In this document: positions 9,708-22,341 of the stretch, piece by piece
How positions within the stretch are numbered: position 1 is the first letter of the stretch
How the letters are laid out: every line of letters starts with the position of its first letter
Assembly (NCBI GenBank): GCA_016202695.1
Contig: JACQOE010000029.1
Span: 61,332-125,331, forward strand
Source of the DNA: Pseudomonadota bacterium
Lineage (GTDB): Bacteria > Pseudomonadota > Alphaproteobacteria > JACQOE01
Reading direction: 5' to 3'
DNA length: 64,000 nt
Program-made: the position numbers and the translations under genes
Notes under the pieces: model-generated
Database searches by the model: none
What the model saw: only the letters and a program-made list of their open reading frames with translations
Told to the model about the DNA's origin: nothing

Positions 9708-10322
9708 TTGCGCCGAATTTCCCTAGGTGTTGTTTGCCTTGCGCTGGTGACGGCAGTGCTGCTGGCGCCCGTGCCGACGCGCGCGCAGGTTCCTGACTGG
9801 GCCACTACCGAGCGCACGCTGGGCAAGGCGGATGCGCCGGTGGTCATGATCGAGTACTTCTCGCTCACCTGCCCGCATTGCGCCGATTTCCACGCCCAGA
9901 CGCTGCCGACCATCAAGGAGAAGTATGTCAGCACCGGCAAGGTGCGACTGATTCTGCGCGACTTTCCCCTCGACGGGGTCGCGCTGATGGCCGCCATGCT
10001 CGCCCGCTGCGTGCCGCCGGAGCGTTATTCCGGTTTCGTCGATGTCCTCTTCCGCTCCATGAACCAGTGGGCCCGCGACCGCGACCCGCGGGCCGGGCTC
10101 ATGCGCATCGGCCGCCTGGGCGGAGTCGACGAGAAGACCGCGGAAGCGTGCCTCGGAAGCGAGGCGTTGCAGCGCCACGTGGTGCAGAGCCGGATCGAGG
10201 CGAGCAGCCGTTACCGGATCGAGTCCACGCCCTCCTTCGTGATCAACGGCCGCACGGTTGCCGGCGCCCTCCCCATCGAGGAGTTCGAGCGCCTCCTCGG
10301 CCCCCTCGTCAAGACCCCGTAA
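9708..10322 (+). CDS. DsbA-family thiol:disulfide oxidoreductase (periplasmic, TTG start)
   Basis: GGAGG RBS 5 nt before TTG; signal peptide LRRISLGVVCLALVTAVLLAPVPTRA; CPHC active site; thioredoxin fold. Confidence 0.8.
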   Translation: MRRISLGVVCLALVTAVLLAPVPTRAQVPDWATTERTLGKADAPVVMIEYFSLTCPHCADFHAQTLPTIKEKYVSTGKVRLILRDFPLDGVALMAAMLARCVPPERYSGFVDVLFRSMNQWARDRDPRAGLMRIGRLGGVDEKTAEACLGSEALQRHVVQSRIEASSRYRIESTPSFVINGRTVAGALPIEEFERLLGPLVKTP

Positions 10323-10374
10323 CGACGCGCCGAGCGACCGCCGAGAACAAAGCCGCAAAGGAGGGCAGGCCCCG

Positions 10375-13300
10375 GTGCAGTTCACCAGACTTCGGCTGAC
10401 CGGATTCAAGTCGTTCGTCGATCCCACCGAGCTGCTGATCGCACCGGGGCTCACCGGCGTGGTCGGCCCCAACGGCTGCGGCAAGTCGAACCTGGTCGAG
10501 GCGCTGCGCTGGGTGATGGGCGAGACCTCGGCCAAGATGATGCGCGGCGGCGAGATGGACGACGTGATCTTCAGCGGCACCACCACCCGCCCGCCGCGGA
10601 ATCTCGCCGAGGTCATCCTCTCGCTCGACAACGCGGAGCGCGACGCGCCCGCCGGCTTCAACGACCACGAAGAGCTGGAGGTGAGTCGGCGAATCGAGCG
10701 CGGCTCGGGCTCGACCTACCGCATCAACGGGCGCGAGGTGCGCGCCCGCGACGTCCAACTCCTGTTCGCCGATTCGGCCACCGGGGCGCGCTCGCCGGCC
10801 CTTGTCAGCCAGGGCCGCGTGGGCGGCGTGATCGCGGCCAAGCCGGCCGAGCGGCGGCTCCTTCTGGAGGAGGCGGCCGGCATCATCGGGCTGCATTCCC
10901 GCCGGCACGAGGCCGAGCTCAGGCTCCGCGCGGCCGAGGCCAACCTAGCCCGCCTCGACGATGTGCTGGTCACCCTCGACGCCCAACTCCAGAACCTCAA
11001 GAAGCAGTCGCGCCAGGCGTCCCGCTACCGCAACCTTTCGGGCCACATCCGGCGCGCCGAGGCGCTGCTGCTCCTCATCCGCTGGCGCCGGGCCGAGGCC
11101 CAGCGCGAACAGGCCCGCGCCCGCCTCGACGGGGCCGAGGCGCTGGTCGCCGCGCTCACCGGCAGCGCCGCCCGGGCCGCCACCGTTCAGGCCGACACGG
11201 CGGCGCAACTGCCCGAGCTTCGCCAGGCCGAAGCCGAGGCGGCGGCCCGCCTTCACCGCCTGATCGTCGCCCGCGACGGCCTCGCCGAGGAGGAGCGGCG
11301 CGTTACCGCCGCGGCCGAGCAGGCCCGCGCCCGAATCGGCCAGATCGCCGGCGACCTCGAGCGCGAGCGGGCGCTCTCGGCCGACGCCGGTGCCGCCGCC
11401 GATCGCCTGGACGCCGAGCGCGCGGCCATGGCGCAGGCGATGGCGGGCGAAGCGGAGGCCCGCGCCCGAGCCGACGCCGCCTTCGACGACGCCCGCGCCC
11501 GCACCGACGCGCTCGACGCCGAGGCCGCCCGGCTCACCGAGCGGATTGCCGGCGAGGATGCCCGGCGCGCCACCCTCGACGAGCAGATCGCCGATCTCGA
11601 CGCCCGGCGCGAAAGGCTCGCCCGCCAAGCCGCCGAGGTCGCCGAGCCGCGCACGCGCCTCGAGGCGGAGGTGCGCGAGAGCGCGGCGCTGGAGGCGGCA
11701 ACGCGTGCGCTGCGCGAGGCCGAGGCCGCGCTCAACGACGCCCGCGCCCGCACCGACGCCGCCGAGGCCGCGCGCGCCGAGCTCCAGGCCGCCGAGGGCA
11801 CGGCCCGGCGCGAACTGCAGGAGGCGGAGGGGCAGCTCGCCCGCCTCGAAGCCGAGAGTGCCGCCCTCGAGGCCCTTCTCGCCGAGGAGAAAGCGGCCAA
11901 GGACCAGGGCGACTTCTGGCCGAAGGTGATCGACCGGGTCACCGTCGCCCCCGGCCTCGAGGCCGCCCTCGGGGCGGCGCTCGGCGAGGACCTCATCGCC
12001 TCGACCGAGCCCTCGGCCCCCGCCCACTGGCGCCTGAAACCGGCCGAGCCGACCGATCCCGCGCTCGCCGAGGGGGTGGAGCCGCTCTCCCGCTTCGTCG
12101 AGGCCCCAGCGGTGCTCGCCCGCAGGCTGGCGCAGATCGGCGTGGTCGCGACCCACGCCGACGGCGATCGCCTCTCGGGGCGCCTCATGCCGGGCCAGCG
12201 GCTGGTCAGCCGCGACGGCGGCCTCTGGCGCTGGGACGGCTTTACGGTCGGGCCGGGCGCGCCCTCGGCCGCCGAAACCCGTCTCAAACAGCGCAACCGC
12301 CTGAGCGAGCTTGCGGCCGTAATCCCCGGGGCCCGCGAGGCAGCCGACGTGGCCAGGGCCGGCCTCGCCGAGGCCGGGGCGCGGGCGGAAGACTCGGCCG
12401 AGCGCGAGCGGCTCGGGCGCGAGGCCGCCCGCGCCGCCGAGACCCGGCTTGCCGAGGTCCGCGAGACCCATGCCAGGCTTTCCCAGGCGCAGGCGGCGGC
12501 CGCCTCGCGCCTCTCCGCGCTCGCCGACCTGGCCGAACGGCTCGCCGCCGAGATCGCCGAGACCGAGGCCAGGACGGGGGCGGCGCGGGCCGAGCGCGGG
12601 CGGATCGGTCAGGTCGACTCGGTGCGCGTGCGCAGCCAGGCGCTCCGCGCCGAGCTTGCCGACGCGCGGGCGGAGCTCCTTCACCGCCAGGCCGAGCGGG
12701 ACCGGGTGGCGCGCGAGGCCGAGGCGCGGCACGCCCGCCTGGCGGAGACCTCCGCCGAGCTCGCCTCCTGGCGCGAGCGGGCCGAGGGCGCCAAGGCGCG
12801 AATCGCCGAGCTCGAGGCGCGGATCGAGGCCGCGGGGCGCGAGCTTGCGGCGATTGAGGCCCGCCCAGCCGAGCTGGCGGCCAGGCGCGGCGAACTCTTC
12901 GACCTGATCGCGCGGGCCGAGGAAGAGCGGAGCGCGGCCGCCGACCACTTGGCGGAAGGCGAGAGGACGCTCAAGGAGGCGGACGCGGCCCTGAAGGCGG
13001 AGGAGGCCCGCCTGGCAGATGCCCGCGAGGCGCGGGTGCGTGCCGAGGCCCGCACCGAGCAGGCCGAGGGCGAGTGCCGGGCACTCGTCGCCCGGGTCGC
13101 CGAGCGGCTCGACGCCGAGATCGCCGGCCTGCCTGAGATCGCCGAACTGAAGCCCGAGGTCGAAATTCCCGATCTCGAGGAGGTCGAACGCCGCCTCGAG
13201 CGCCTGATGCGCGAGCGCGAGACCATGGGCCCGGTGAATCTGCTTGCCGAGCAGGAGGCCGATGACATCTCCGCCCAGATCACGACCTTGCAGGAGGAGC

Positions 13301-13851
13301 GCGAGGACCTGATCTCGGCGATCGCGCGCCTGCGCCGGGGCATCGCCGAGCTCAATCGCGAGGCGCGCGAACGCCTCCTTGCCTCCTTCGAGAAGGTCGA
13401 TCAGCACTTCCAGGCCCTGTTCACCCGCCTCTTCGGCGGCGGGCGCGCGCACCTCTCCCTGATCGAGGCCGAGGATCCGCTCGAGGCCGGACTCGAGATC
13501 ATGGCCAGCCCGCCGGGCAAACGCCTGCAGGTGCTCTCGCTCCTCTCCGGCGGCGAGCAGGCACTCACCGCGCTCGCCCTCTTGTTCGCGGTGTTCATGA
13601 CCAGCCCGGCGCCGGTCTGCGTGCTCGACGAGGTGGATGCCCCTCTCGACGACGCCAACGTCGATCGCTTCTGCACCCTGATCGAGGAGCTGGCGGGGCA
13701 TTCCGCCACCCGGTTCCTGGTCGTTACCCACCACCGGATGACCATGGCGCGCATGGACCGCCTCTTCGGGGTGACCATGGCCGAGCGGGGAGTCTCGCAG
13801 ATCGTTTCGGTCGATCTCGGCCAGGCCGAGGGCCTGCGCGCGACCGCCTGA
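10375..13851 (+). CDS. smc: Chromosome segregation protein SMC
   Basis: GTG start after AAAGGAGGG RBS; Walker A GPNGCGKSN at N-terminus, long coiled coil, C-terminal LSGGE...signature and Walker B. Confidence 0.92.
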   Translation: MQFTRLRLTGFKSFVDPTELLIAPGLTGVVGPNGCGKSNLVEALRWVMGETSAKMMRGGEMDDVIFSGTTTRPPRNLAEVILSLDNAERDAPAGFNDHEELEVSRRIERGSGSTYRINGREVRARDVQLLFADSATGARSPALVSQGRVGGVIAAKPAERRLLLEEAAGIIGLHSRRHEAELRLRAAEANLARLDDVLVTLDAQLQNLKKQSRQASRYRNLSGHIRRAEALLLLIRWRRAEAQREQARARLDGAEALVAALTGSAARAATVQADTAAQLPELRQAEAEAAARLHRLIVARDGLAEEERRVTAAAEQARARIGQIAGDLERERALSADAGAAADRLDAERAAMAQAMAGEAEARARADAAFDDARARTDALDAEAARLTERIAGEDARRATLDEQIADLDARRERLARQAAEVAEPRTRLEAEVRESAALEAATRALREAEAALNDARARTDAAEAARAELQAAEGTARRELQEAEGQLARLEAESAALEALLAEEKAAKDQGDFWPKVIDRVTVAPGLEAALGAALGEDLIASTEPSAPAHWRLKPAEPTDPALAEGVEPLSRFVEAPAVLARRLAQIGVVATHADGDRLSGRLMPGQRLVSRDGGLWRWDGFTVGPGAPSAAETRLKQRNRLSELAAVIPGAREAADVARAGLAEAGARAEDSAERERLGREAARAAETRLAEVRETHARLSQAQAAAASRLSALADLAERLAAEIAETEARTGAARAERGRIGQVDSVRVRSQALRAELADARAELLHRQAERDRVAREAEARHARLAETSAELASWRERAEGAKARIAELEARIEAAGRELAAIEARPAELAARRGELFDLIARAEEERSAAADHLAEGERTLKEADAALKAEEARLADAREARVRAEARTEQAEGECRALVARVAERLDAEIAGLPEIAELKPEVEIPDLEEVERRLERLMRERETMGPVNLLAEQEADDISAQITTLQEEREDLISAIARLRRGIAELNREARERLLASFEKVDQHFQALFTRLFGGGRAHLSLIEAEDPLEAGLEIMASPPGKRLQVLSLLSGGEQALTALALLFAVFMTSPAPVCVLDEVDAPLDDANVDRFCTLIEELAGHSATRFLVVTHHRMTMARMDRLFGVTMAERGVSQIVSVDLGQAEGLRATA

Positions 13852-13925
13852 GGGGCCGCGCAAGGGCCCACGACACAGACCGTTTCTCGTTTAATTTCAG
13901 CGCCTTAACCGGGGGGTTTTGGGCC

Positions 13926-13954
13926 TTGACAGCCCCTGGGGGAGCCCGTATCGT
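13926..13954 (+). promoter_or_regulatory. Putative sigma70-type promoter of atp operon (TTGACA-17-TATCGT)
   Basis: TTGACA at 13926-13931, 17-nt spacer, TATCGT at 13949-13954, ~95 nt upstream of atpI. Confidence 0.4.
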
Positions 13955-14046
13955 GCCGCCGCTTTCGCGCTGGACCGAACGGGAGGGCGTGAGCCGCTCC
14001 GACCCGCGTAGCGGGTCCGGCACGGGGATGCGCCGGAGGTTGTGGC

Positions 14047-14409
14047 ATGAGCCAAGCCGAGCCGCCCCGCCCGCCGGGCTCCTTCGACGAGCGGCTCAAG
14101 TCCCTGAGGGACAGGTATGAGCGTGCGTCCGACGGCACGGGCCCCTCGGGGCGGCTGCCGATGAGTTTTCTCGGCCTCGCGTTCCGGATCGGCGTCGAGT
14201 TGGTGTCGGCCCTCATCGTCGGGGTCGGTTTCGGCTGGCTCCTCGACCGTTGGCTCGGCACCAAACCGTGGCTGATGGTGGTGTTCTTCTTCCTTGGCGG
14301 GGCCGCCGGGGTGCTGAACGTCTACCGCGCCGTGGGGCGAATGGGGCCGCCGCCAGCGGGGGGCGGAGAGGACGAAGAGGGCGGCTCCGGCCGGCGAGGA
14401 GGGGGATAA
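14047..14409 (+). CDS. atpI: ATP synthase protein I (AtpI)
   Basis: Small membrane protein with 2 TM helices immediately upstream of atpB. Confidence 0.7.
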   Translation: MSQAEPPRPPGSFDERLKSLRDRYERASDGTGPSGRLPMSFLGLAFRIGVELVSALIVGVGFGWLLDRWLGTKPWLMVVFFFLGGAAGVLNVYRAVGRMGPPPAGGGEDEEGGSGRRGGG

Positions 14410-14412
14410 GGC

Positions 14413-15150
14413 GTGGCAAACCCGCTCGAGCAGTTCCGCATCAAGCCGATCGTCGAGCTGCCCATCGGCAGCGTCGACGCCTCCTTCACCAACTCCTCGC
14501 TGTTCATGCTGCTCGCGGTGGTGTTGATCGCGCTCTTCCTCACCCTCAGCATGCGCGGCCGCGCGCTCGTCCCCGGGCGCTGGCAATCGATGGCGGAACT
14601 GGCCTACGAGTTCGTCGCCAACATGGTGCGCGAGAACGTCGGCTCCGAGGGCCGGCGCTACTTCCCGTTCATCTTCTCGTTGTTCATGTTCATCCTCTTC
14701 GGCAACCTGCTCGGGCTGGTGCCATTCGGCTTCACCTTCACCAGCCACATCATCGTCACCTTCGGGCTGGCGATCACGGTGTTCACCGGCGTGACGCTGG
14801 TCGCGCTGGTTCGCCACGGCTTCAAGTTCTTCACTTACTTCTTCCCCTCCGGCGCGCCGGTGGCGATGGCGCCGCTCCTGGTGCCGATCGAAATCCTCTC
14901 CTACTGCTCGCGCCCTGTGACGCTCGCCATCCGGCTGTTCGCCAACATGATGGCCGGCCACACCATGCTCAAGATCTTCGCCGGCTTCACCGTGGGGCTG
15001 GGTGCGATCACCTACGGGATCGGCGGGATCGGCCCGGTGGCGGTGAATGTGGCGCTTACCGCATTCGAGTTCCTGGTCGCGGTGCTGCAGGCTTACGTGT
15101 TCACCGTGCTCACCTGCCTCTACCTGCACGACGCGATCCACCTGCACTGA
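14413..15150 (+). CDS. atpB: F0F1 ATP synthase subunit a
   Basis: Conserved ...[13 protein letters not shown]... subunit a motif. Confidence 0.95.
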   Translation: MANPLEQFRIKPIVELPIGSVDASFTNSSLFMLLAVVLIALFLTLSMRGRALVPGRWQSMAELAYEFVANMVRENVGSEGRRYFPFIFSLFMFILFGNLLGLVPFGFTFTSHIIVTFGLAITVFTGVTLVALVRHGFKFFTYFFPSGAPVAMAPLLVPIEILSYCSRPVTLAIRLFANMMAGHTMLKIFAGFTVGLGAITYGIGGIGPVAVNVALTAFEFLVAVLQAYVFTVLTCLYLHDAIHLH

Positions 15151-15214
15151 GTCGCGCGCACACCCGGCCGGGCTTGGATGACCCCTTCAAACCGCAACAC
15201 AGAGGACAAGACCC

Positions 15215-15439
15215 ATGGACGTTGAAGCTGCCAGGATGATCGGTGCCGGCCTCGCCGTCGTCGGCCTGATGGGCGTGGGAACCGGCATCGGCAACATCTT
15301 CTCGAGCATGATCAACTCGATCGCGCGCAACCCGGCGGCGCGCCCGCAGGTGTTCCCGATCGGCATCCTGGGATTCGCCCTGGTCGAGGCGGTCGCGCTG
15401 TATGCGCTTCTGATCGCCTTCCTGGTCCTGTTCGCGTAG
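15215..15439 (+). CDS. atpE: F0F1 ATP synthase subunit c
   Basis: 74-aa hairpin proteolipid; ...ARNPAARPQVF...LVEA... motif. Confidence 0.95.
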   Translation: MDVEAARMIGAGLAVVGLMGVGTGIGNIFSSMINSIARNPAARPQVFPIGILGFALVEAVALYALLIAFLVLFA

Positions 15440-15499
15440 GCGCCGTCGGTCCCTCTTCGCCCGGGCCCCGAGCGGGGTCGACGCGAGGGCCGGGGATCC

Positions 15500-15997
15500 T
15501 TGCCGATGCCGCAGCTCGATCCGAGTTGGTTCCCGCCGCAGCTGATCTGGCTCGCCATCAGCTTCGCGCTCCTCTACCTGCTGATGACGCGCCTGGCGCT
15601 GCCGCGGATCGGCGAGGTGCTGGAGACGCGCCAGCGGCGGATCGACGACAACCTCGACCGCGCGGCCGAGATCAAGCAGGAGGCCGACCGGGCGATCGCC
15701 GCTTACGAGAAGGCCCTGGCCGAGGCCCGGGCCGAGGCCCACGCGATCATGCGCGAGGCGGGCGCCCGACTCGCCGCCGAGGCCCAGCGCCGGCAGGCCG
15801 AGCTTTCGGCGCGACTGGCGAGCGAGGCCAAGGAGGCCGAGGCCCGCGTCGGCGATGCCAAGGCGGCCGCGCTCGGCGAGATCCGGGGGGTCGCGGCCGA
15901 GGTCGCGCGCGCCGCCGCCGTCCGGCTCGCCGGGATCGAGCCGGACGCCCAGACTCTTGTGCGCGCGGTCGAGGCGGTGATGAAGGGGCGCGCCTGA
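15500..15997 (+). CDS. atpF2: F0F1 ATP synthase subunit b'
   Basis: Single N-terminal TM + long Ala/Glu-rich helix; second b-type subunit typical of alphaproteobacteria. Confidence 0.85.
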   Translation: MPMPQLDPSWFPPQLIWLAISFALLYLLMTRLALPRIGEVLETRQRRIDDNLDRAAEIKQEADRAIAAYEKALAEARAEAHAIMREAGARLAAEAQRRQAELSARLASEAKEAEARVGDAKAAALGEIRGVAAEVARAAAVRLAGIEPDAQTLVRAVEAVMKGRA

Positions 15998-16497
15998 TGG
16001 AGCACGCCGAGCCCTTCTGGCAGTCGGCCGAGTTCTGGATCCTCGTCGCCTTCGTCATCTTCGTCGCGATCGCGGCGAAACCGGCGTGGCGGGCGATCAC
16101 GACGATGCTGGATGAGCGCGCCCGCACCATCCGCAACGACCTCAAGGAGGCCGAGCGGCTGCGCGAGGAGGCGCAGAAGATGCTCGCCGAAGCCCAGCGC
16201 AATCAGCGCGATTCGGTCAACCACGCCAAGGAGATCATCGAGACGGCGCGGTCCCAGACCGAGCGGCTGACCAGGGAGGCGGGTGAGCAGCTCGAGGCCG
16301 CGCTCGACCGGCGCATGCGCCATGCCCACGAGCGGATCGCCCAGGCCGAGGCGCTGGCATTGGCCGAGGTACGCGCGACCGCGGCCGAGGTCGCGATCGA
16401 GACCGCGCGACACGTCATCCGCGAGCACCTTCCCGAGGAACGCAAGCGGGCGCTGATCGCCCGCGCGATCGAGGAAGTTCCGGCCAGGCTGGGCTAA
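15997..16497 (+). CDS. atpF: F0F1 ATP synthase subunit b
   Basis: Starts at Met158 of track ORF (MEHAEPFWQ...), ATGA overlap with b' stop; TM + coiled coil. Confidence 0.85.
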   Translation: MEHAEPFWQSAEFWILVAFVIFVAIAAKPAWRAITTMLDERARTIRNDLKEAERLREEAQKMLAEAQRNQRDSVNHAKEIIETARSQTERLTREAGEQLEAALDRRMRHAHERIAQAEALALAEVRATAAEVAIETARHVIREHLPEERKRALIARAIEEVPARLG

Positions 16498-16517
16498 CTG
16501 CGCCGGCGCCCAGCCCC

Positions 16518-19414
<2,897 letters not shown>

Positions 19415-19418
<4 letters not shown>

Positions 19419-19792
19419 TGGCCGCCTCCGACGTGGGCCTTGTAGGCCGCCTCGTCCATTAGCTCCTTAAGCTCGCCGGGATTGTCGATGCTGATGCGAA
19501 AGAACCAGCCCTCGCCGGCCGGGTCCTGGTTGACCTTGGCCGGGTCGTTGGGAAGCGCCTGATTGACGGCCACGATCTTGCCGCTGACCGGGGCGTAGAC
19601 CTCGCTCGCCGCCTTCACCGACTCGACCACCGCGGCCTCGACCCCCTTGGCGAGCTTCCTGCCGACCTCGGGCAACTCGACGAACACCACGTCGCCCAGT
19701 TGCTGCTGGGCGTAGTCGGTGATGCCGACAACCCCCTCCTTGCCCTCGATCCGGATCCACTCGTGTTCCTTGGTGAACTTGAGCTCGCTCAT
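19415..19792 (-). CDS. gcvH: Glycine cleavage system H protein
   Basis: Start at Met179 of track ORF ([13 protein letters not shown]...); lipoyl-Lys motif [12 protein letters not shown]. Confidence 0.95.
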
Positions 19793-19841
19793 CGCGCTCG
19801 ACTCCCTGGCTTGTCCTGTTCGTCCGTCGGCCCCGCGCGCC

Positions 19842-20954
19842 TCAGCCGCGGTGGTAGCGGTGGGGCACGAACGGCATCGGCACCACCTTCGCCGGCATCT
19901 CCTTGCCGCGCACCACGAGCCTGAGCTCGGTGCCGGCGGCGGCGAAGTCCCGCCGCACGTAGCCCATGGCGATCGGCCGGCCGAGGGTGGGGCCGAAGCC
20001 GCCGCTGGTGACCTCGCCGATCCTCTCGCCGGCGGCGCTGAAGACTTCGGTATGGGCGCGGGCGGGCTGCCGGCCCTCGGGTAGGATCCCCACCCTGAGG
20101 CGCGGCGCACCCTCGGCGAGCTGACGACGGATGATCTCGGCGCCGGGGAAACCCCCGCCCTCTCGCCGGCGCTTGGCGATGGTCCAGGAGAGGTCGGCCT
20201 CGACCGGCGTGGTGGTGGTGTCGATGTCGCTGCCATAGAGGCAGAGCCCGGCCTCGAGGCGGAGCGAATCGCGCGCCCCCAACCCGACCGGCTTGACCCC
20301 GGGCTCGGCAAGGAGCGCTCGAGCAAGCGCCACCGCCTTCGCGGCCACGACCGAGATCTCGAAGCCGTCCTCGCCGGTGTAGCCGGAGCGGGTAGCCTCG
20401 CAGGCGATTCCGGCGACGCGGAGCGCCGACCGGCTCATGAACGCCATGCGGTCGGCGCCGGGCGATAGGCAGCCCATCACCGCCGCCGCCCTCGGCCCCT
20501 GGAGCGCAACCAGCGCCCGCTCCGGCATTTCCTCCAGGTGCACCCCGCCGGAGAGGTTGGCGCGGAGATGGGCGAAGTCTTGCTCCTTGCAGGCGGCGTT
20601 GACCACCAGGAAGAGCGCCTCGCCGAGGTTCGTGACCATGAGGTCGTCGAGGATGCCGCCCTGGGCGTTCGTGAAGACGGTGTAACGCTGGCGCCCGGGC
20701 TTGAGCTCGACGATGTTACCGGGCACCAGCCGCTCCAGCGCCTCGGCCGCACCCGCGCCCACGATCCGGGCCTGCCCCATGTGCGAGACATCGAACAGGC
20801 CGGCGCCTTGGCGGGTGGCCGCGTGCTCGGCGATAATCCCCTCATACTGCACCGGCATCTCGTAGCCGGCGAAGGGCACCAGCCGCGCGCCCAGCTCGAC
20901 GTGGAGCTCGTGCAGGGGCGTTCTCTTAAGGGAAGCGAGGGATGGCTCGCCCAT
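19842..20954 (-). CDS. gcvT: Glycine cleavage system T protein (aminomethyltransferase)
   Basis: N-terminal LKRTPLHELH..., full GcvT fold. Confidence 0.95.
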   Translation of the reverse strand: MGEPSLASLKRTPLHELHVELGARLVPFAGYEMPVQYEGIIAEHAATRQGAGLFDVSHMGQARIVGAGAAEALERLVPGNIVELKPGRQRYTVFTNAQGGILDDLMVTNLGEALFLVVNAACKEQDFAHLRANLSGGVHLEEMPERALVALQGPRAAAVMGCLSPGADRMAFMSRSALRVAGIACEATRSGYTGEDGFEISVVAAKAVALARALLAEPGVKPVGLGARDSLRLEAGLCLYGSDIDTTTTPVEADLSWTIAKRRREGGGFPGAEIIRRQLAEGAPRLRVGILPEGRQPARAHTEVFSAAGERIGEVTSGGFGPTLGRPIAMGYVRRDFAAAGTELRLVVRGKEMPAKVVPMPFVPHRYHRG

Positions 20955-21004
20955 CAGGTCCTCCGAATGTGTGTCGCCCTTCGCATCCGCCGAACCCCGG
21001 ATGC

Positions 21005-21225
21005 CGGGCGCCCCCCTCTGTCTCGGGACCTGAAAGATTCACCCGCGCGGATGCGGGTTTACATCTTCGGTGAGGCGCCTGCCTGCGCCTGCTTTCCAGA
21101 GTGTCATCGCCCTGCGGTCCTTTTGCCTGAGAGTTTCGGGGGCCCGTTGCTCCTTCGGCGCCGGCCGCGGCCGAGTCCGTCCGCAAATGGGACGCCCTCG
21201 CCCGCCGGTCTCTCCCGCAGGGGTC
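21005..21225 (-). promoter_or_regulatory. Tandem glycine riboswitch (two aptamers) in gcvT leader
   Basis: Reverse complement reads GGGAGAGACCGG...GGCGCCGAAGGAGCAACGGG...GAAACTCTCAGGCAAAAGGACCGCAG (aptamer 1) then CTCTGGAAAGCAGG...CACCGAAGATG...CTTTCAGGTCCCGAGACAGAGG (aptamer 2), matching the glycine-riboswitch consensus; boundaries approximate. Confidence 0.8.
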
Positions 21226-21340
21226 GTATGACTCCTCGCCGCCGGACCCCTCGCCCCGAGGGCGCGCGATCCGCCAGCACCACCCAGTTTAGTCCCTCTC
21301 CGGCCAACGTCAATGCCACCCCGGCGCGGACCCGGCAAGG

Positions 21341-21886
21341 CTACAGGCGGGGCTGCGTGCTCCGGTTGTACTCGAGCTCCTCGGCGGTGAGCTGGAAGCC
21401 GAGGAAGATTTCGAACGCGGTCCCCGGCTGGTTTTCCTCGATCGGGATGACGAGCTGGATTTCGTCGTCGTTGAGCCGCACCCGGTTGCGATTCGGCGGG
21501 AAGACGAAGAGGGCCTCGAAGTCGTTCTTGCTGAGGACGTTGCCCGCGCGGTCGGCGACCGCCACAAAATAGGGCACGTTGGCGCGCCGGTCGGCGTTGG
21601 CCGGGCCGCGGGTCGCCTCGATCGCGACGTTGAAGTCGACGGTCAGGCGGCCCTTGCTCGACTCGTAGGTGCAGGTCCCCTTGGCCGCCACGATCTCGGC
21701 CTCGACCATCATGTTGGTGATGTCGCGGCTCGACCCGGGGCCAAACTTCACCACGTTGGCCGCGTCGCGGAGGATGCCGACCTCCGGGCAGGGCGGCCCG
21801 GAAGGCTGAGGCTTGAAGGTGCCGCAGCCGCCGGCAAGGAGGGCCAGGGCAAACCCAATGGCCGAGGCGCTGGCGAAGCGAGGCAT
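21341..21886 (-). CDS. Hypothetical lipoprotein (181 aa)
   Basis: Start at Met63 of track ORF; lipobox ...ALALLAGGC; balanced composition. Confidence 0.6.
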   Translation of the reverse strand: MPRFASASAIGFALALLAGGCGTFKPQPSGPPCPEVGILRDAANVVKFGPGSSRDITNMMVEAEIVAAKGTCTYESSKGRLTVDFNVAIEATRGPANADRRANVPYFVAVADRAGNVLSKNDFEALFVFPPNRNRVRLNDDEIQLVIPIEENQPGTAFEIFLGFQLTAEELEYNRSTQPRL

Positions 21887-21896
21887 CGACGCCCGC

Positions 21897-22136
21897 TCAG
21901 ACCGTCTCGTGGGTGCCGTCGCAGAGGGGCCGCCCGGCGCTCCGCTTGCAGCCGCAGAGGTAGACGGCCTCGCTGGTCTCGGCGGTGAACACCACCGGGC
22001 GCAAGGCCGTGACCTTGTGCGAGCCGTCGCAAAACGGCTGCTTCTTCGAGCGCCCGCAGGCGCACCAGGCATACTTCTTGCCGGCCTCGACCGCGAAGGC
22101 GTGAGGGCCCTTCTGGGCGATGATGGCTTCCGACAT
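21897..22136 (-). CDS. CDGSH-type iron-sulfur domain protein (two CDGSH motifs)
   Basis: Start at Met94 of track ORF with GGAGGAGAAGGA RBS; [16 protein letters not shown] and [16 protein letters not shown] motifs. Confidence 0.75.
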   Translation of the reverse strand: MSEAIIAQKGPHAFAVEAGKKYAWCACGRSKKQPFCDGSHKVTALRPVVFTAETSEAVYLCGCKRSAGRPLCDGTHETV

Positions 22137-22341
22137 GGCCTCCTTCTCCTCCGGGGCGCGCTCGGCCGCTACCGCAGCCGACGCGTCGGCGGCGTCGGCC
22201 TGTTGTAGAAAAGATCGCGGGCGAGCGCAACGCGGGGCTTCACTTTTCGTCGCCGATCGGCATGATGCCGACGCAGAGGCCGGGGCCGCAGGCCCTGCGG
22301 GGCGGCGAGGGGCCGCCCCGGCCCGGCCTCCGAGGTTGACC

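Noticed and set aside
10945-13863. 972-aa minus-strand ORF antisense to smc
   Set aside because: Gly/Arg/Ala/Leu-rich repetitive translation mirroring the SMC coiled-coil codons; no domain signatures; smc on the sense strand is unambiguous.
13897-15147. 416-aa minus-strand ORF antisense to atpI/atpB
   Set aside because: His/Arg/Glu/Asp-rich spurious frame; ATP synthase genes on the sense strand are canonical.
20538-21572. 344-aa plus-strand ORF spanning the gcvT 5' end and riboswitch leader
   Set aside because: Overlaps a recognisable glycine riboswitch on the other strand; low-complexity translation.
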